From Planctomycetota bacterium (GTDB lineage Bacteria; Planctomycetota; UBA8108; SXIK01), in contig OZ244999.1 of the NCBI GenBank assembly GCA_965223265.1, forward strand, positions 768,001 to 832,000: a stretch of 64,000 bases of DNA, given 5' to 3'. The notes under the pieces were generated by a model. That model was given only the letters and a program-made list of their open reading frames with translations, ran no database searches and was not told the DNA's origin. Made by a program: the position numbers and the translations under genes. Below are positions 9,453 through 19,081 of this stretch, in pieces (position 1 is the stretch's first letter; each line of letters starts with the position of its first letter).

Positions 9453-9667
9453 GAGTCACCTCCTTTCGGCGGTTCGAGCGAGCTCTCCGCCTATTCCTGT
9501 ATCGACCGCTGGCGCCGCAAGCTGAATAAGAACCGTGCGTAAGGACCGCGTTTGTCGGCCGACAGACATTACTGGCGGCTCTTGGCCGCGTTTTCGGCCA
9601 TTGAGCGCGCCAGCACCGCGAGACGCGACACATCGCACACTCAATGGTTTTCAAAGGTGATGAAGGT

Positions 9668-10645
9668 ATGAAGGCGGTCACGTTCCGAGAATTCGGCGAG
9701 GTGGAGCAGCTGGAGGTCACCGACGTGCCCGCGCCCACGCCCGCGCGCGGTGAGGTTCTCGTTCGCAACTTCGCCACCGCGCTGAATCGTGCCGACTTGC
9801 TCCAGCGTCGTGGCCTCTATCCGCCGCCGCCTGGCGAATCCGAAATCCTCGGGCTCGAGTTCGCCGGCGAGATCGCCGCCCTTGGGGATGGCGTCAGTGG
9901 TTACGTAGTCGGCGACCGTGTTTTTGGGCTAGCGGCTGGTGGAGGGTACGCGGAGTTCATCGCGGTGCCCGCTTCCATGGCAGTGCCGATTCCGGAGAAT
10001 CTTTCCTACGATGCGGCAGCAGCGATCCCGGAGGCATTCTACACGGCTCACGAAGCGCTGCGTGTGATTGGGCGGCTGACGCACGACGAAACGGTTCTCG
10101 TTCACGCCGGCGCTAGCGGCGTCGGAAGCGCCGCAATTCAGCTCGTGCGACTGTTCGGTTCTCGAGCCATCGCGACGGCCGGGGGAGCAGCAAAGGCCGA
10201 GTTTTGCCGCGGGCTTGGAGCCGATCCTGCGATCGATTATACGCAGGACGATTTCGTCGCGGTCGTTGAACGCACCACCGCTACAGCCGGCGTCGACGTT
10301 GTGCTCGATCTGGTCGGCGCGAAGTATTTCGAGGGCAATCTTCGCTGCCTGGCGCCGCGTGGACGCTTGCTCGTGCTCGGTCTCGTCGGCGGCTCGAAGG
10401 TCGCACTTGATCTCAGCGTGATTCTGCGGCGCCGACTCCAGATCATGGGAATGGTGCTTCGGAGCCGCAGTCGCGACGAGAAGGTGGAGGTGACGAACCG
10501 ATTCGTCAATGAGTTGTTGCCACACTTCGAGTCGGCAGCCTTGCGGCCGCTGATCGACAGTGTCTATCCGATCGAGGAGGTTCGTGAGGCGCACCGGAGG
10601 ATGGAGGCGAATCAGAATCTCGGCAAGATCGTGCTGCGGCTATAG
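9668..10645 (+). CDS. NAD(P)H-quinone oxidoreductase, PIG3/zeta-crystallin (MDR) family
   Basis: ALNRADLLQRRGLYPPPPG, ILGLEFAG, VLVHAGASGVGSAAIQ and AHRRMEANQNLGKIVL. Confidence 0.93.
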   Translation: MKAVTFREFGEVEQLEVTDVPAPTPARGEVLVRNFATALNRADLLQRRGLYPPPPGESEILGLEFAGEIAALGDGVSGYVVGDRVFGLAAGGGYAEFIAVPASMAVPIPENLSYDAAAAIPEAFYTAHEALRVIGRLTHDETVLVHAGASGVGSAAIQLVRLFGSRAIATAGGAAKAEFCRGLGADPAIDYTQDDFVAVVERTTATAGVDVVLDLVGAKYFEGNLRCLAPRGRLLVLGLVGGSKVALDLSVILRRRLQIMGMVLRSRSRDEKVEVTNRFVNELLPHFESAALRPLIDSVYPIEEVREAHRRMEANQNLGKIVLRL

Positions 10646-10666
10646 TCCAGATCGGACGCAGAGGAG

Positions 10667-10761
10667 GATACAGTGGCAGCGGCGGATACAGATACGGATA
10701 CGGAATCAGAGACAGATACGGATACGGCAGAAGCAGAGTACTCCCACTCCCACGCCCACGC
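10667..10761. repeat. Hexamer-periodic low-complexity tract (GATACA/GATACG/GAGACA, then CCCACT/CCCACG)
   Basis: Period-6 repeats visible directly in the intergenic sequence. Confidence 0.75.
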
Positions 10762-10934
10762 AATCGTGGAGCTCGGATTCAGAGACCAGAAGCCGGCGAC
10801 ACCCTGAGTCCGCCCCGACAGTTGCGTAAGTTTTCGCAGGAAGGGCTCAGAAACCCTTTCCCTGAGGTTCGATCGGCAGTTGAGGGACGTCGTGGCGGAC
10901 CTCACGTTTGGTGAGGTTGACGGTGTGCCGTGTT

Positions 10935-11000
10935 CCCCCTCGCCCACGCACACCCACACGCAAACGTACACGCAAACTCTCACTCAATCGCAATCCCGCA
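10935..11000. repeat. Hexamer-periodic low-complexity tract (CCCACG/CACACG/CAAACG)
   Basis: Period-6 repeats immediately before MITE copy 3. Confidence 0.6.
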
Positions 11001-11009
11001 CGGTCTTAA

Positions 11010-11169
11010 CAGCCTGTTGAAAAAGTGCTTCGAGCCGAAAACTGGTCTCTTTGCGTCCAGATCGGCCGCGGCAAACGCAGGCAATCTTCGGGATTTTCGA
11101 GTATTGACGCGGTCGAGCTGGGCGTGAAGAGGCCAGTTTCTTCGGCCGAATGACTTTTTCAACGGGCTG
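11010..11169 (+). mobile_element. MITE-like fold-back repeat, copy 3 (160 bp)
   Basis: CAGCCTGTTGAAAAAGT...ACTTTTTCAACGGGCTG with TTAA on both sides (11006-11009 and 11170-11173). Confidence 0.9.
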
Positions 11170-11232
11170 TTAAGGCGCGTCTCTTTTGCAACGTTGGGGT
11201 CCGCCTCTGACTCCTGACTCCGATTCGCCGCC

Positions 11233-12123
11233 CTACTCCGACGTGGCGTCGGCAGCGTCAGGTTGCCCTGCCGGCTCTGAGTTGCTCGCGGTGCAGCGAT
11301 CCACGAAAGACCGCCAGCGCTTCTTGTACTCGTCGATGTCGACTTTGACCAAAAGGTCGTTGTGACCTGCGCCTTCAACGTCGAACAGCTCGCTTCTGTT
11401 CGTCACCTGTCGGTGCAGTTGCTCGCTCATCCGAAATGGCACGATGCGATCGTCACGTCCGTGGACGAGGAGAATCGGGCACTTGACGTCGTCGATCTTG
11501 GCCAGGTTGTCGTACCGATCCTTCATGAGCCAATCGACGGGCAGGAAGAAATACGTCGCTTGGGCAACGTCGACGCACGAGGTGAACGGCGATTGCAGGA
11601 TGACGCCGAGAGGGGTTTGCCGGGTCGCGAGTTCAACGGCGACGCCGCTGCCGAGCGATTCACCTACAAGGATGGGCGGCGGTGCGCCGCGCTCGCGCAG
11701 CCAGGCCAATACCGCCTCCCCGTCGCGGTAGAGACCTGCTTCGGTGGGGGAACCCTCACTGCCGCCGTAGCCTCGATAGTCGAAGATGCAAATCGACGCA
11801 TCGGTGGCATCACGCAGCAGATAGAGCCAACCGTCTCGATGGCCGCGGTGGCCGGCATTGCCGTGAAAGACGACGAGTGTCGCGGGTTTCGATCCTGGCC
11901 AGAACCAACCTTTGATGCGCACACCGTCGGTCGTCGTCGCGGTGAACTCCTCAGCGCCTCGCAGTGACGCCGGCAGCGGTGGATCTGAGGTCGCTGGGAT
12001 GTACTGCATGCGCCTCTGCGCCAAATACACGATGGCGACGAGTGCGGCGTAGGCGACGAGCAGCGTCCGCACCGGCCGCCACAGTAGCGCCTTCCAGTTT
12101 CTCTTATTTAAGGGCGTTGTCAT
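11233..12123 (-). CDS. Alpha/beta hydrolase (ABHD13/YfhR-like)
   Basis: FHGNAG, DYRGYGGSEG, nucleophile elbow GESLG, HGRDDRIVP and GAGHND; N-terminal transmembrane helix. Confidence 0.92.
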   Translation of the reverse strand: MTTPLNKRNWKALLWRPVRTLLVAYAALVAIVYLAQRRMQYIPATSDPPLPASLRGAEEFTATTTDGVRIKGWFWPGSKPATLVVFHGNAGHRGHRDGWLYLLRDATDASICIFDYRGYGGSEGSPTEAGLYRDGEAVLAWLRERGAPPPILVGESLGSGVAVELATRQTPLGVILQSPFTSCVDVAQATYFFLPVDWLMKDRYDNLAKIDDVKCPILLVHGRDDRIVPFRMSEQLHRQVTNRSELFDVEGAGHNDLLVKVDIDEYKKRWRSFVDRCTASNSEPAGQPDAADATSE

Positions 12124-12160
12124 TCGGGAGCCGCCTCGGCAGATAACGTCGGCCTGGAAT

Positions 12161-13300
12161 TCAGCGCAGTTCTATGACTTCTTGCTGCTCAAGTTTGGAG
12201 GAAAAGATACGGAGCGCTGCCGGCGCACCGCGCAGCGATACGGCGAACTTCTGACCATCCGGCGAGAGTGAATAGCCGTAGAGTGTGTCTTGGGATTCTA
12301 GGCGTAGTTCGCGGTGGTGGACGACGTCGCGCCCGTCGACGGCAATGCTCACTAAGCGCGGCGATTCTTCGCGGCTGCGCTTGGGCGCCAGAACTCCGAA
12401 CACGTGACCGTTCGCCGCCATTGGCTGTCCGCACAAAGCGCGTCCGTCGACGCACTTGAGCAGCCGCCCGTTGGCTCCATCGAGTTGTACGTAGTAGCCG
12501 GAAATCCCTCGACGCCAACTTGCGTCCCCGAAGCTGAGCGTCACTCCGACCCATTCGGGGCTGGAACCTTCAGCGCGGACGTGTGTACCGCCGGTGTCGT
12601 TGAACGTGATTTCAAGTGGCTTTTTCCCTAAGGCGGTGGCGATCTCACGGCGCAGGTCTGAGAACTTTCGGGACCACGTTTCCTCCAGAGTCGGCGAGAG
12701 CGAGGCAATTTCCGCGGCGCCAGATTCGTCGTCGACTCGGTAGATCAAGAGGCCGCCCGACGGTCCCGGCCCGACGACCTCAGCCAGTTCGATGGTCTTG
12801 AGAGCTTTTCCATCCGCGGCGGACGCGATCGTGATGGCTTCTTCGCCCGAAGCGTATGCCATGCGTCCGCCTGCGAGTCGCACCGGTGGGCGCCGCGTCA
12901 GACGAGTGGCGTTCGCACGTGGTAGTTTGAGAGGCGACCACTTCTCGTCGTGACGCAGCCACGTCGACTCGCTCTCGTCCACGGCGCTGCCGTCCTCCCA
13001 TTCGACTGTGAACGCGACGAACGACTTGCTGTCGATCCAGAGCGCGCCCAAGAATCGCTGAGCGGCGCGAGGCGGGGCAATTTGTCGGCGGGCGCTGCCG
13101 TCGACGGAAACCTGCCAAAGCTGGGAAGCGGGCTCGTCCAGCGGCTCCTTCGATGGACCCGTAAGAAGCAAAACGTGCTGAGCGTCCGGGGACCAAATCG
13201 GAGAGCGATGCGGGCAGCCAACGCTCGAGAGGACAAGTAGGAGGCATGTGCCCCATGGAGTGATCCGTTGCTTGACCGAAGCTGAGGTCGTTTTGGACAT
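12161..13300 (-). CDS. Hypothetical exported protein or lipoprotein with TolB/beta-propeller-like repeats
   Basis: Lipobox-like LLLVLSSVGC; WSPD and LSPDGQKFAV motifs. Confidence 0.65.
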   Translation of the reverse strand: MSKTTSASVKQRITPWGTCLLLVLSSVGCPHRSPIWSPDAQHVLLLTGPSKEPLDEPASQLWQVSVDGSARRQIAPPRAAQRFLGALWIDSKSFVAFTVEWEDGSAVDESESTWLRHDEKWSPLKLPRANATRLTRRPPVRLAGGRMAYASGEEAITIASAADGKALKTIELAEVVGPGPSGGLLIYRVDDESGAAEIASLSPTLEETWSRKFSDLRREIATALGKKPLEITFNDTGGTHVRAEGSSPEWVGVTLSFGDASWRRGISGYYVQLDGANGRLLKCVDGRALCGQPMAANGHVFGVLAPKRSREESPRLVSIAVDGRDVVHHRELRLESQDTLYGYSLSPDGQKFAVSLRGAPAALRIFSSKLEQQEVIELR

Positions 13301-13524
13301 CGGAAGGCGGCGCGGCATGAGTTTTCTCGACGTCGAGGTTGGCGAATTGCGGGCGGACTGGTGTGTCGGAGCTTACGAAAGAACGACGAAGGGAACGGAC
13401 GATTCCTGGCAGAGTCTGTGTATTCTACCTTGCATCTCGCGCCAATTCCTACTGTACGAGCTGCGGCGGTTCGTCCCTTCTCTTGACCTGACGAAACCGG
13501 GAGAGCTGGAGCGCAGTCGTCTTG

Positions 13525-13700
13525 CCGCCTGTTGAAAGAGCCCTTCGAGCCGAAGGCTGATCTCGTCGCGTCCAGATCGACCGCGACCAACGCAGGTAAT
13601 CTCCAAGCCCTCGTCTATACGGTATTACGGCGAGCATTGACGAGGCGAGCGGGGCGTGAACAGGCTGGTTTCTCGGCCGAATGACTTTTTCAACGGGCGG
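13525..13700 (+). mobile_element. MITE-like fold-back repeat, copy 4 (diverged long-loop variant)
   Basis: CCGCCTGTTGAAAGAG...GACTTTTTCAACGGGCGG; interior colinear with the other copies. Confidence 0.8.
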
Positions 13701-13776
13701 CCGGTGCAACGCTTCGGCTATCATGAGCGTCATTGGGAATGAGTTCACCGAATCAGCGCGGCCAATGGAGTTTGAC

Positions 13777-14844
13777 ATGAAGGGTAAGCATCGTCCGAAA
13801 TCGAGAATTGAAGTCTGCTCCGATTGTGAGTCCTTGTCACGCCGACGTTTCTTACACAACCTCGGTGGCACGTTCGTCGCGGGTACTGCTGGTGCCGCAC
13901 TTGGCGGGCTCGCGTTGCCCTCAATGCCATCGACGCGCGTGGCGCATGCGGAGAAGACCGCAAAGAACGCTGAGAGCTACGTCAAGCTTTTGTACGAGAG
14001 TCTTACCAACAAGCAGCGTAAGCTCATGCTCTTCCCTTTCGATCATGAGCTGAGGAAGAAAATTTCCAACAACTGGCATATCGTCGACGATAAGGTCGCG
14101 TCGGTTGGGAGACTCTACACGTTTGACCAAACCGAGATGATCCGCCAAATCCTCAAGGACATCTTCACCGAAGACGGGTTCGACAGGGTCAGCAAGCAGA
14201 TGGAGGATGACGCCGGCGGGCTCGACAACTACACGTGCGCGATCTTCGGTGCGCCCGGCGACGACAAGTTTGAGTGGGTCATGACGGGGCGTCACCTGAC
14301 GATTCGAGCCGACGGCAACTCCGTCGACAATGTGGCTCTCGGTGGCCCGATTTTTTACGGTCATGCCGTGAAATTCACGGAGCGTCCGGACCACCCTGGG
14401 AACGTGTGGTGGCATCAAGCGCGCGCCGCGAACAAAGTGTTCGAAGCACTGGATGGGAAGCAGCGGGAGAAGGCTCTCCTCAAGGAGTCACCTCCAGACG
14501 AGCCGGAGACAGTTGCGCTGGTCGGCTCGAAAGGAAAGATCCCCGGGCTCGCCGGCCACGAGATGTCGGCCGATCAGAAGGGGCTTCTCGAGGCGACGCT
14601 TCGCAGCATGCTCAACATGTTTCGCAAGAGCGACGTCGACGAGATCCTCGAGTGCTTGAAAAAGAACGGCGGTGTCGATCAGCTGCGCGTATCGTTCTAC
14701 CAACAGGGCGATCTGGGCTCCGACGGCATCTGGGACCGGTGGATTGTCGCTGGCCCGGCGTTTGTCTGGTACTTCCGCGGCTCACCTCACGTTCATGCGT
14801 GGCTTAACGTCGGACACCACGGTGCAGGCGATCAGCCTCTCTGA
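13777..14844 (+). CDS. DUF3500 domain-containing protein, Tat-exported
   Basis: SRRRFL twin-arginine signal; Y..AIFG.PG..KFEWVMTGRHLTIRADG, GGPIFYG and GPAFVWYFRGSPHVH. The ORF-track start at 13681 lies inside a MITE. Confidence 0.85.
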   Translation: MKGKHRPKSRIEVCSDCESLSRRRFLHNLGGTFVAGTAGAALGGLALPSMPSTRVAHAEKTAKNAESYVKLLYESLTNKQRKLMLFPFDHELRKKISNNWHIVDDKVASVGRLYTFDQTEMIRQILKDIFTEDGFDRVSKQMEDDAGGLDNYTCAIFGAPGDDKFEWVMTGRHLTIRADGNSVDNVALGGPIFYGHAVKFTERPDHPGNVWWHQARAANKVFEALDGKQREKALLKESPPDEPETVALVGSKGKIPGLAGHEMSADQKGLLEATLRSMLNMFRKSDVDEILECLKKNGGVDQLRVSFYQQGDLGSDGIWDRWIVAGPAFVWYFRGSPHVHAWLNVGHHGAGDQPL

Positions 14845-15020
14845 CGGGCGACACCTGCCGTTGGATCCCCAACGCCTGCAGTTCATTTGAGGACGAACGT
14901 CGCCAGCTTCGGAATGTTCTCTGCCCGTTCCGGTTGTCGTTCTTGCAGGCGTCGGGGCCAAATTTTTGTTTGCAGACCGCGTGAAGTGTGCGGGGTACGC
15001 AACACCGTGGAGTGCTGGTT

Positions 15021-15518
15021 TTGAAGCGATTCCTATCTTTGGCGATCGTGTTGGCGCTTGCCGGCTTCGTCGTCTACCGCATGGGGCTCCGGTTCGTCTC
15101 TGACGAAACGAAAATCCGCTGGCGACTGGAGACGATGGCGACTGGTTTCAATGAAACGGATCGTTCGGACTGCCTCGGCGCTTTCGCGGACGACTTCGTG
15201 CACAAGTCGCCGGCGTTTGATCGAGAACGACTTGGAGCGTTCCTGGTCCATGTTTTTCTCACTGGAAAGCATCCAAAGACGAAGCAGTTTCGCTACCGTG
15301 TCGAGCTGCCCGAAGAAAAAACAGAGATCGTCGTCGATTCACAATCCTCCGAGACTGCGACCGTTGAGTGCGAGGCGGTGTTTTTTGAGCGCAGCAGCCA
15401 AGAGTGGCGGCAGGCATGGAATGTCGCGGTGACGGCGGCGCTGGAGAAACGTGACGGACGCTGGTATCTCGTGCGGTCGGAGCATAAGACAGTGAGCGGG
15501 CGTCGGCCGTTTCGCTGA
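15021..15518 (+). CDS. Hypothetical membrane-anchored protein, NTF2/SnoaL-like fold
   Basis: N-terminal transmembrane helix; pattern ...LGAFADDF...ATVEC...LEKRDGRWYLVRSE; GGAG 8 nt before TTG at 15021. Confidence 0.6.
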   Translation: MKRFLSLAIVLALAGFVVYRMGLRFVSDETKIRWRLETMATGFNETDRSDCLGAFADDFVHKSPAFDRERLGAFLVHVFLTGKHPKTKQFRYRVELPEEKTEIVVDSQSSETATVECEAVFFERSSQEWRQAWNVAVTAALEKRDGRWYLVRSEHKTVSGRRPFR

Positions 15519-15900
15519 CGTCCGCCCCGCTAGCAGCGTCCGCAGTCGAGTCGCGAAGGCTTGCGAGTTAGCCATCGCTGAGCCCGGCGAACTCAGAGCG
15601 CCTGCCTGTTTGCGCTCGCAAGGTGACCGCGTCGGGGGTATGCTTCGAATGGCGGACGAGATCTCGGACTCTCGACTCGAGGTCGAGCCGCGTTTCAAGT
15701 CGTGATCTTGTTCGCTACAACACCTAGCCACCAGATTCCGCGCTGCACGAACTGAGTGAACGCAAGCGACAATGAGAGGGGTTGCCAACGTGCCGACGCG
15801 CAGTTGTCATTCTCCGACCGTCTCAGCGTGCCGACTGCACCTGCCAAACCTCGACCGTTCGTCCTGATCATGGCTGTAACTTTCCTGCGGTGATGCGCCC

Positions 15901-16473
15901 GTGAAATCCCTAAAAGGAAAACTCCTGATCGCCACGCCGGGGTTAGTCGATCCGAATTTCGCCCGGAGCGTTGTTCTGATTGCTGAGCACACGCCTGAAG
16001 GCGCGTTCGGGTTGGTGATCAATCGTCCGGCCCAACTCAAGGTGAACGAGCTGTGGGCATCGCTTTCGAATGAGCCTTGTCAATGCAAGGCCTGTACGTT
16101 CGTTGGCGGTCCGGTGCAGGAGAATCATGTTCATATTCTGCACGCGTTTTCGGAGCTCGCGGCTGGGAGCGGTGACGTCGTCGACGGCATCTATCTGGGC
16201 GCCGAGCTCGAGCTCCTCGAAGCGATCCTGCAGCGATCAGAATCGTCCCACACGAGTGAATCTGCGCCTTTTCGACTCTACTGCGGCTACGCCGGTTGGG
16301 GCGGTGGACAACTGGATCGTGAGATGGAGGCGGGTGGGTGGCTGACGTTGCCGGCAACCAAGGACTACGTGTTCGCGGCGACTCCGAATGACATGTGGCG
16401 CGACGCTCTGAGCGACGTCGGTGGGCCGTACAAGTTCTTCTCCCTCATGCCACCGAACCCGGAGCACAACTGA
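15901..16473 (+). CDS. YqgE/AlgH family protein
   Basis: GKLLIATPGLVDPNFARSVVLI, GAFGLVINRP, FVGGPV and GYAGWGGGQLDREM. Confidence 0.95.
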   Translation: MKSLKGKLLIATPGLVDPNFARSVVLIAEHTPEGAFGLVINRPAQLKVNELWASLSNEPCQCKACTFVGGPVQENHVHILHAFSELAAGSGDVVDGIYLGAELELLEAILQRSESSHTSESAPFRLYCGYAGWGGGQLDREMEAGGWLTLPATKDYVFAATPNDMWRDALSDVGGPYKFFSLMPPNPEHN

Positions 16474-16552
16474 TCTCCGTATAGGCAGCCGCTCGAGCGT
16501 GTGTCGACCAGACGCAAGCCTGCGTCATAGCGCGTCGCGTGGCCGTTACCAG

Positions 16553-17884
16553 CTACTTTTTCTCAGGCTGTCGCAAGCCCAGCGTGATCAGAATCGGTAG
16601 CACAAGACTGGCTGCACCGACGGTATATACGAACTCTGAACCGGTCCGCCAGTAGACGAGACCGGCGAGAATCGGTCCGACTGCACGCGCCAGTGCACCG
16701 AGTGAACTGAACAGGCCCAAGACTTCGCCTTGTCGGTCGACCGGTGAGAAGAGGGACGTCAACGCACGCAGAGACGGAATGACAATCGCGGCGCCGATCG
16801 CCATGAGGAACACGCCGCCGTAGAGTCCCACCTGCGATGTCGCCACACCCGTAAGCACAAGCCCTGGGATCAGCACGACTAACCCGGCGCGTGCTAGCTT
16901 GACCTCCCCGAAACGCGGCGCGAGCCGCCGAATCAGACCGCCTTGAACGAAGGCCATAGTCAATCCCGCAAAGCAGAGAAGCCAAGCGTTTTGCCGTGGT
17001 CCGTAGTCGAAGCGGTCTGCGGCGTGGAACATGAGGGAGAACTCCATGCCGCTGAATGCGGCAATGAAGAAGAAGTTCGTCCAGTTGCACCGATTGACGC
17101 CGGCGAGATCGACGGGAATCAAGCTGCGCAGTGGATTGACACTGCGGCCAGTGGATCGATGCTCGAGCGGGAGGGTTTCTTCGAACCGTCTGTACACCCA
17201 GACAAAATTGAGCGCACTCAGTACGAACGCGCCTGCGGCTGCGAGGGAGAACGGGTTGACCCCGTACGCTGCCAAGGCTGGCATGTGCGCGCTGAGATCG
17301 CAGCCACTTCCAGAGAGTAGGCCACCGAGAACAGGACCGAGGATGAACCCGAGCCCGAACGCAGCGCCCACGAGTCCCATCCCCTTGGCGCGGTTTTCCC
17401 TTGAGGTGACGTCGGCGACAGCAGCCGTCGCGACCGCGATGTTGCCGCTCATGATGCCACCGAATGTGCGTGCCACGACGAGGAGTAGAAACGTGCCGCT
17501 GAAGAACCAGACGAGATAGCTCAGTGCCATCGCGCCGACAGTTAGAAGCAGAATCGGTCGTCGTCCCCTGCGATCAGACAGCCGCCCCCACACCGGTGCG
17601 AAGAGAAACTGCAGGAGCGAGTAGAGCGATCCGAGAATGCCGCCGAAGAGCGCCAAGACTTGAGGACTCGGTGTGCCGTCTTCGTTTGGCGAGGTTCCGG
17701 AAAGTCTATGGAGTCCGTCCAAAAGCCTTCCGAGAAGTCCACGTCCGTCGCTGCCCTCGAGATAGTAGTCGAGCATCGCGGGAAAGAGCGGAAAGATGAT
17801 CGAGAATCCGACCAGATCCAGAAAGAGGATCAAAAAGATGATGCCGAGAGGGCTACGTTTCTTCGTTTCGTTCACGAACCTCAC
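16553..17884 (-). CDS. MFS transporter, TetA/DHA1-like
   Basis: DLVGFSIIFP, motif A GRLSDRRGRRP, GAAFGLGFILGPVLGG; about 12 transmembrane helices. Confidence 0.93.
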   Translation of the reverse strand: MRFVNETKKRSPLGIIFLILFLDLVGFSIIFPLFPAMLDYYLEGSDGRGLLGRLLDGLHRLSGTSPNEDGTPSPQVLALFGGILGSLYSLLQFLFAPVWGRLSDRRGRRPILLLTVGAMALSYLVWFFSGTFLLLVVARTFGGIMSGNIAVATAAVADVTSRENRAKGMGLVGAAFGLGFILGPVLGGLLSGSGCDLSAHMPALAAYGVNPFSLAAAGAFVLSALNFVWVYRRFEETLPLEHRSTGRSVNPLRSLIPVDLAGVNRCNWTNFFFIAAFSGMEFSLMFHAADRFDYGPRQNAWLLCFAGLTMAFVQGGLIRRLAPRFGEVKLARAGLVVLIPGLVLTGVATSQVGLYGGVFLMAIGAAIVIPSLRALTSLFSPVDRQGEVLGLFSSLGALARAVGPILAGLVYWRTGSEFVYTVGAASLVLPILITLGLRQPEKK

Positions 17885-17937
17885 CTTCCGTCCGGCAGTC
17901 TACCGGGTCGTTTGTGTTGGGGCTGGGACGCTGCGCT

Positions 17938-19053
17938 TCACGAAATGGGCACGACCTCCATACGCCGTTTCTCGGCGTCGATGGTAGTGATCCGCGCTCG
18001 TACGATCGTGCCGACCGAGAGCTGCTCGCCGAGTTCACGGACGGCCGTCTCGCGCGTCATCCACCCCTCGACTCCATCTTCGACGCGTAGCGTCACGCCG
18101 TCGGCGCTCACTCGAGCCAACCAGCCCGTCACCTCGTCGCCGACATGATAGTTCTCGACGACATGCTCCCAAGTGTCGGCACCTGCCTCTTGAAGATCGA
18201 GACCGAGGCGCCCACGATCGACGTCCTTTGAGATCACTTCCACGCCCACTGTCTGCCCGACGACGAGAGCTTCGCCGCGGCCCGAATCGTCGGTGCGGGA
18301 GCGTAGCTTTTCGCGGATCTTGCTGGAGTGAAGCAGTCCCTCGACGCCGCCCAGGTCAACGAAGGCTCCGTGATCCGTCAACCGGGTCACGCTTCCCTCG
18401 ATAAGGTCTCCGACTTCGATGCGGGAAAGCGCCGCGTCCCGGGCTACGTCTTTCTCCCTTTCCAGAACGAGCCTGCGGCTGACTACCAGATTCTTCTCTC
18501 GCTGGTCGAACTGTGTCACCTCGCATCGGAGCTGCCTGCCGACGTAGCTAGATAAGTCTGCCGTTTCGACTCGCTGCAGGTCAATCTGTGAGATCGGCAT
18601 GAAAGCGCGCTCGCCGCCGATCTCCACCGTCAAGCCTCCCTTGTTTGTTGCCACGGCAACGGCGGCAAACTCAGCGCCGACTCGGAGCTGTTCCCAGAAG
18701 ACCTCCTTGCGAACCGAGCTAGTCGAAAGAAGCGAAACTTCCTTGTCACGGTCAAAGGAAACGAACTCCGCCGTCACTTGCGATCCCGCCGCGGGCTCCT
18801 GCCCGGCAGCGAACTCGGTGCGATCGATGACGCCGAGGTTCTTGCCGTCGAGCTCGACCAGGATCTCGTCGTCCCGAACCTCGACCACAGTGCCGACAAC
18901 CTTCGTCCCTGCTGTCAGTCGGTCGGCGCGTACGCCACCGTCCGGAGGTGCGCCTCCGGCCATCAGACGCTCGAGGTCACTGTCTGAAAGCGCTGCGACG
19001 TCCTTGAGCAAGTCGTCGTGATCGTCGTCGAAGTGTGCGGATCGTTTTCCCAA
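17938..19053 (-). CDS. S1 RNA-binding domain protein (short RpsA-like paralog, about 4 S1 repeats)
   Basis: NKGGLTVEIGGERAFMPISQID and GAFVDLGGVEGLLH; 371 aa. Confidence 0.85.
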   Translation of the reverse strand: MGKRSAHFDDDHDDLLKDVAALSDSDLERLMAGGAPPDGGVRADRLTAGTKVVGTVVEVRDDEILVELDGKNLGVIDRTEFAAGQEPAAGSQVTAEFVSFDRDKEVSLLSTSSVRKEVFWEQLRVGAEFAAVAVATNKGGLTVEIGGERAFMPISQIDLQRVETADLSSYVGRQLRCEVTQFDQREKNLVVSRRLVLEREKDVARDAALSRIEVGDLIEGSVTRLTDHGAFVDLGGVEGLLHSSKIREKLRSRTDDSGRGEALVVGQTVGVEVISKDVDRGRLGLDLQEAGADTWEHVVENYHVGDEVTGWLARVSADGVTLRVEDGVEGWMTRETAVRELGEQLSVGTIVRARITTIDAEKRRMEVVPIS

Positions 19054-19081
19054 GTTCGTCGCTCCTGCGGGTGTCTTCGGG

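Noticed and set aside
13681-13776. N-terminal extensions given by the ORF track for DUF3500 (also 24173-24262 and 25140-25337)
   Set aside because: These extensions begin in or run through MITE sequence; downstream starts fit the protein families better.
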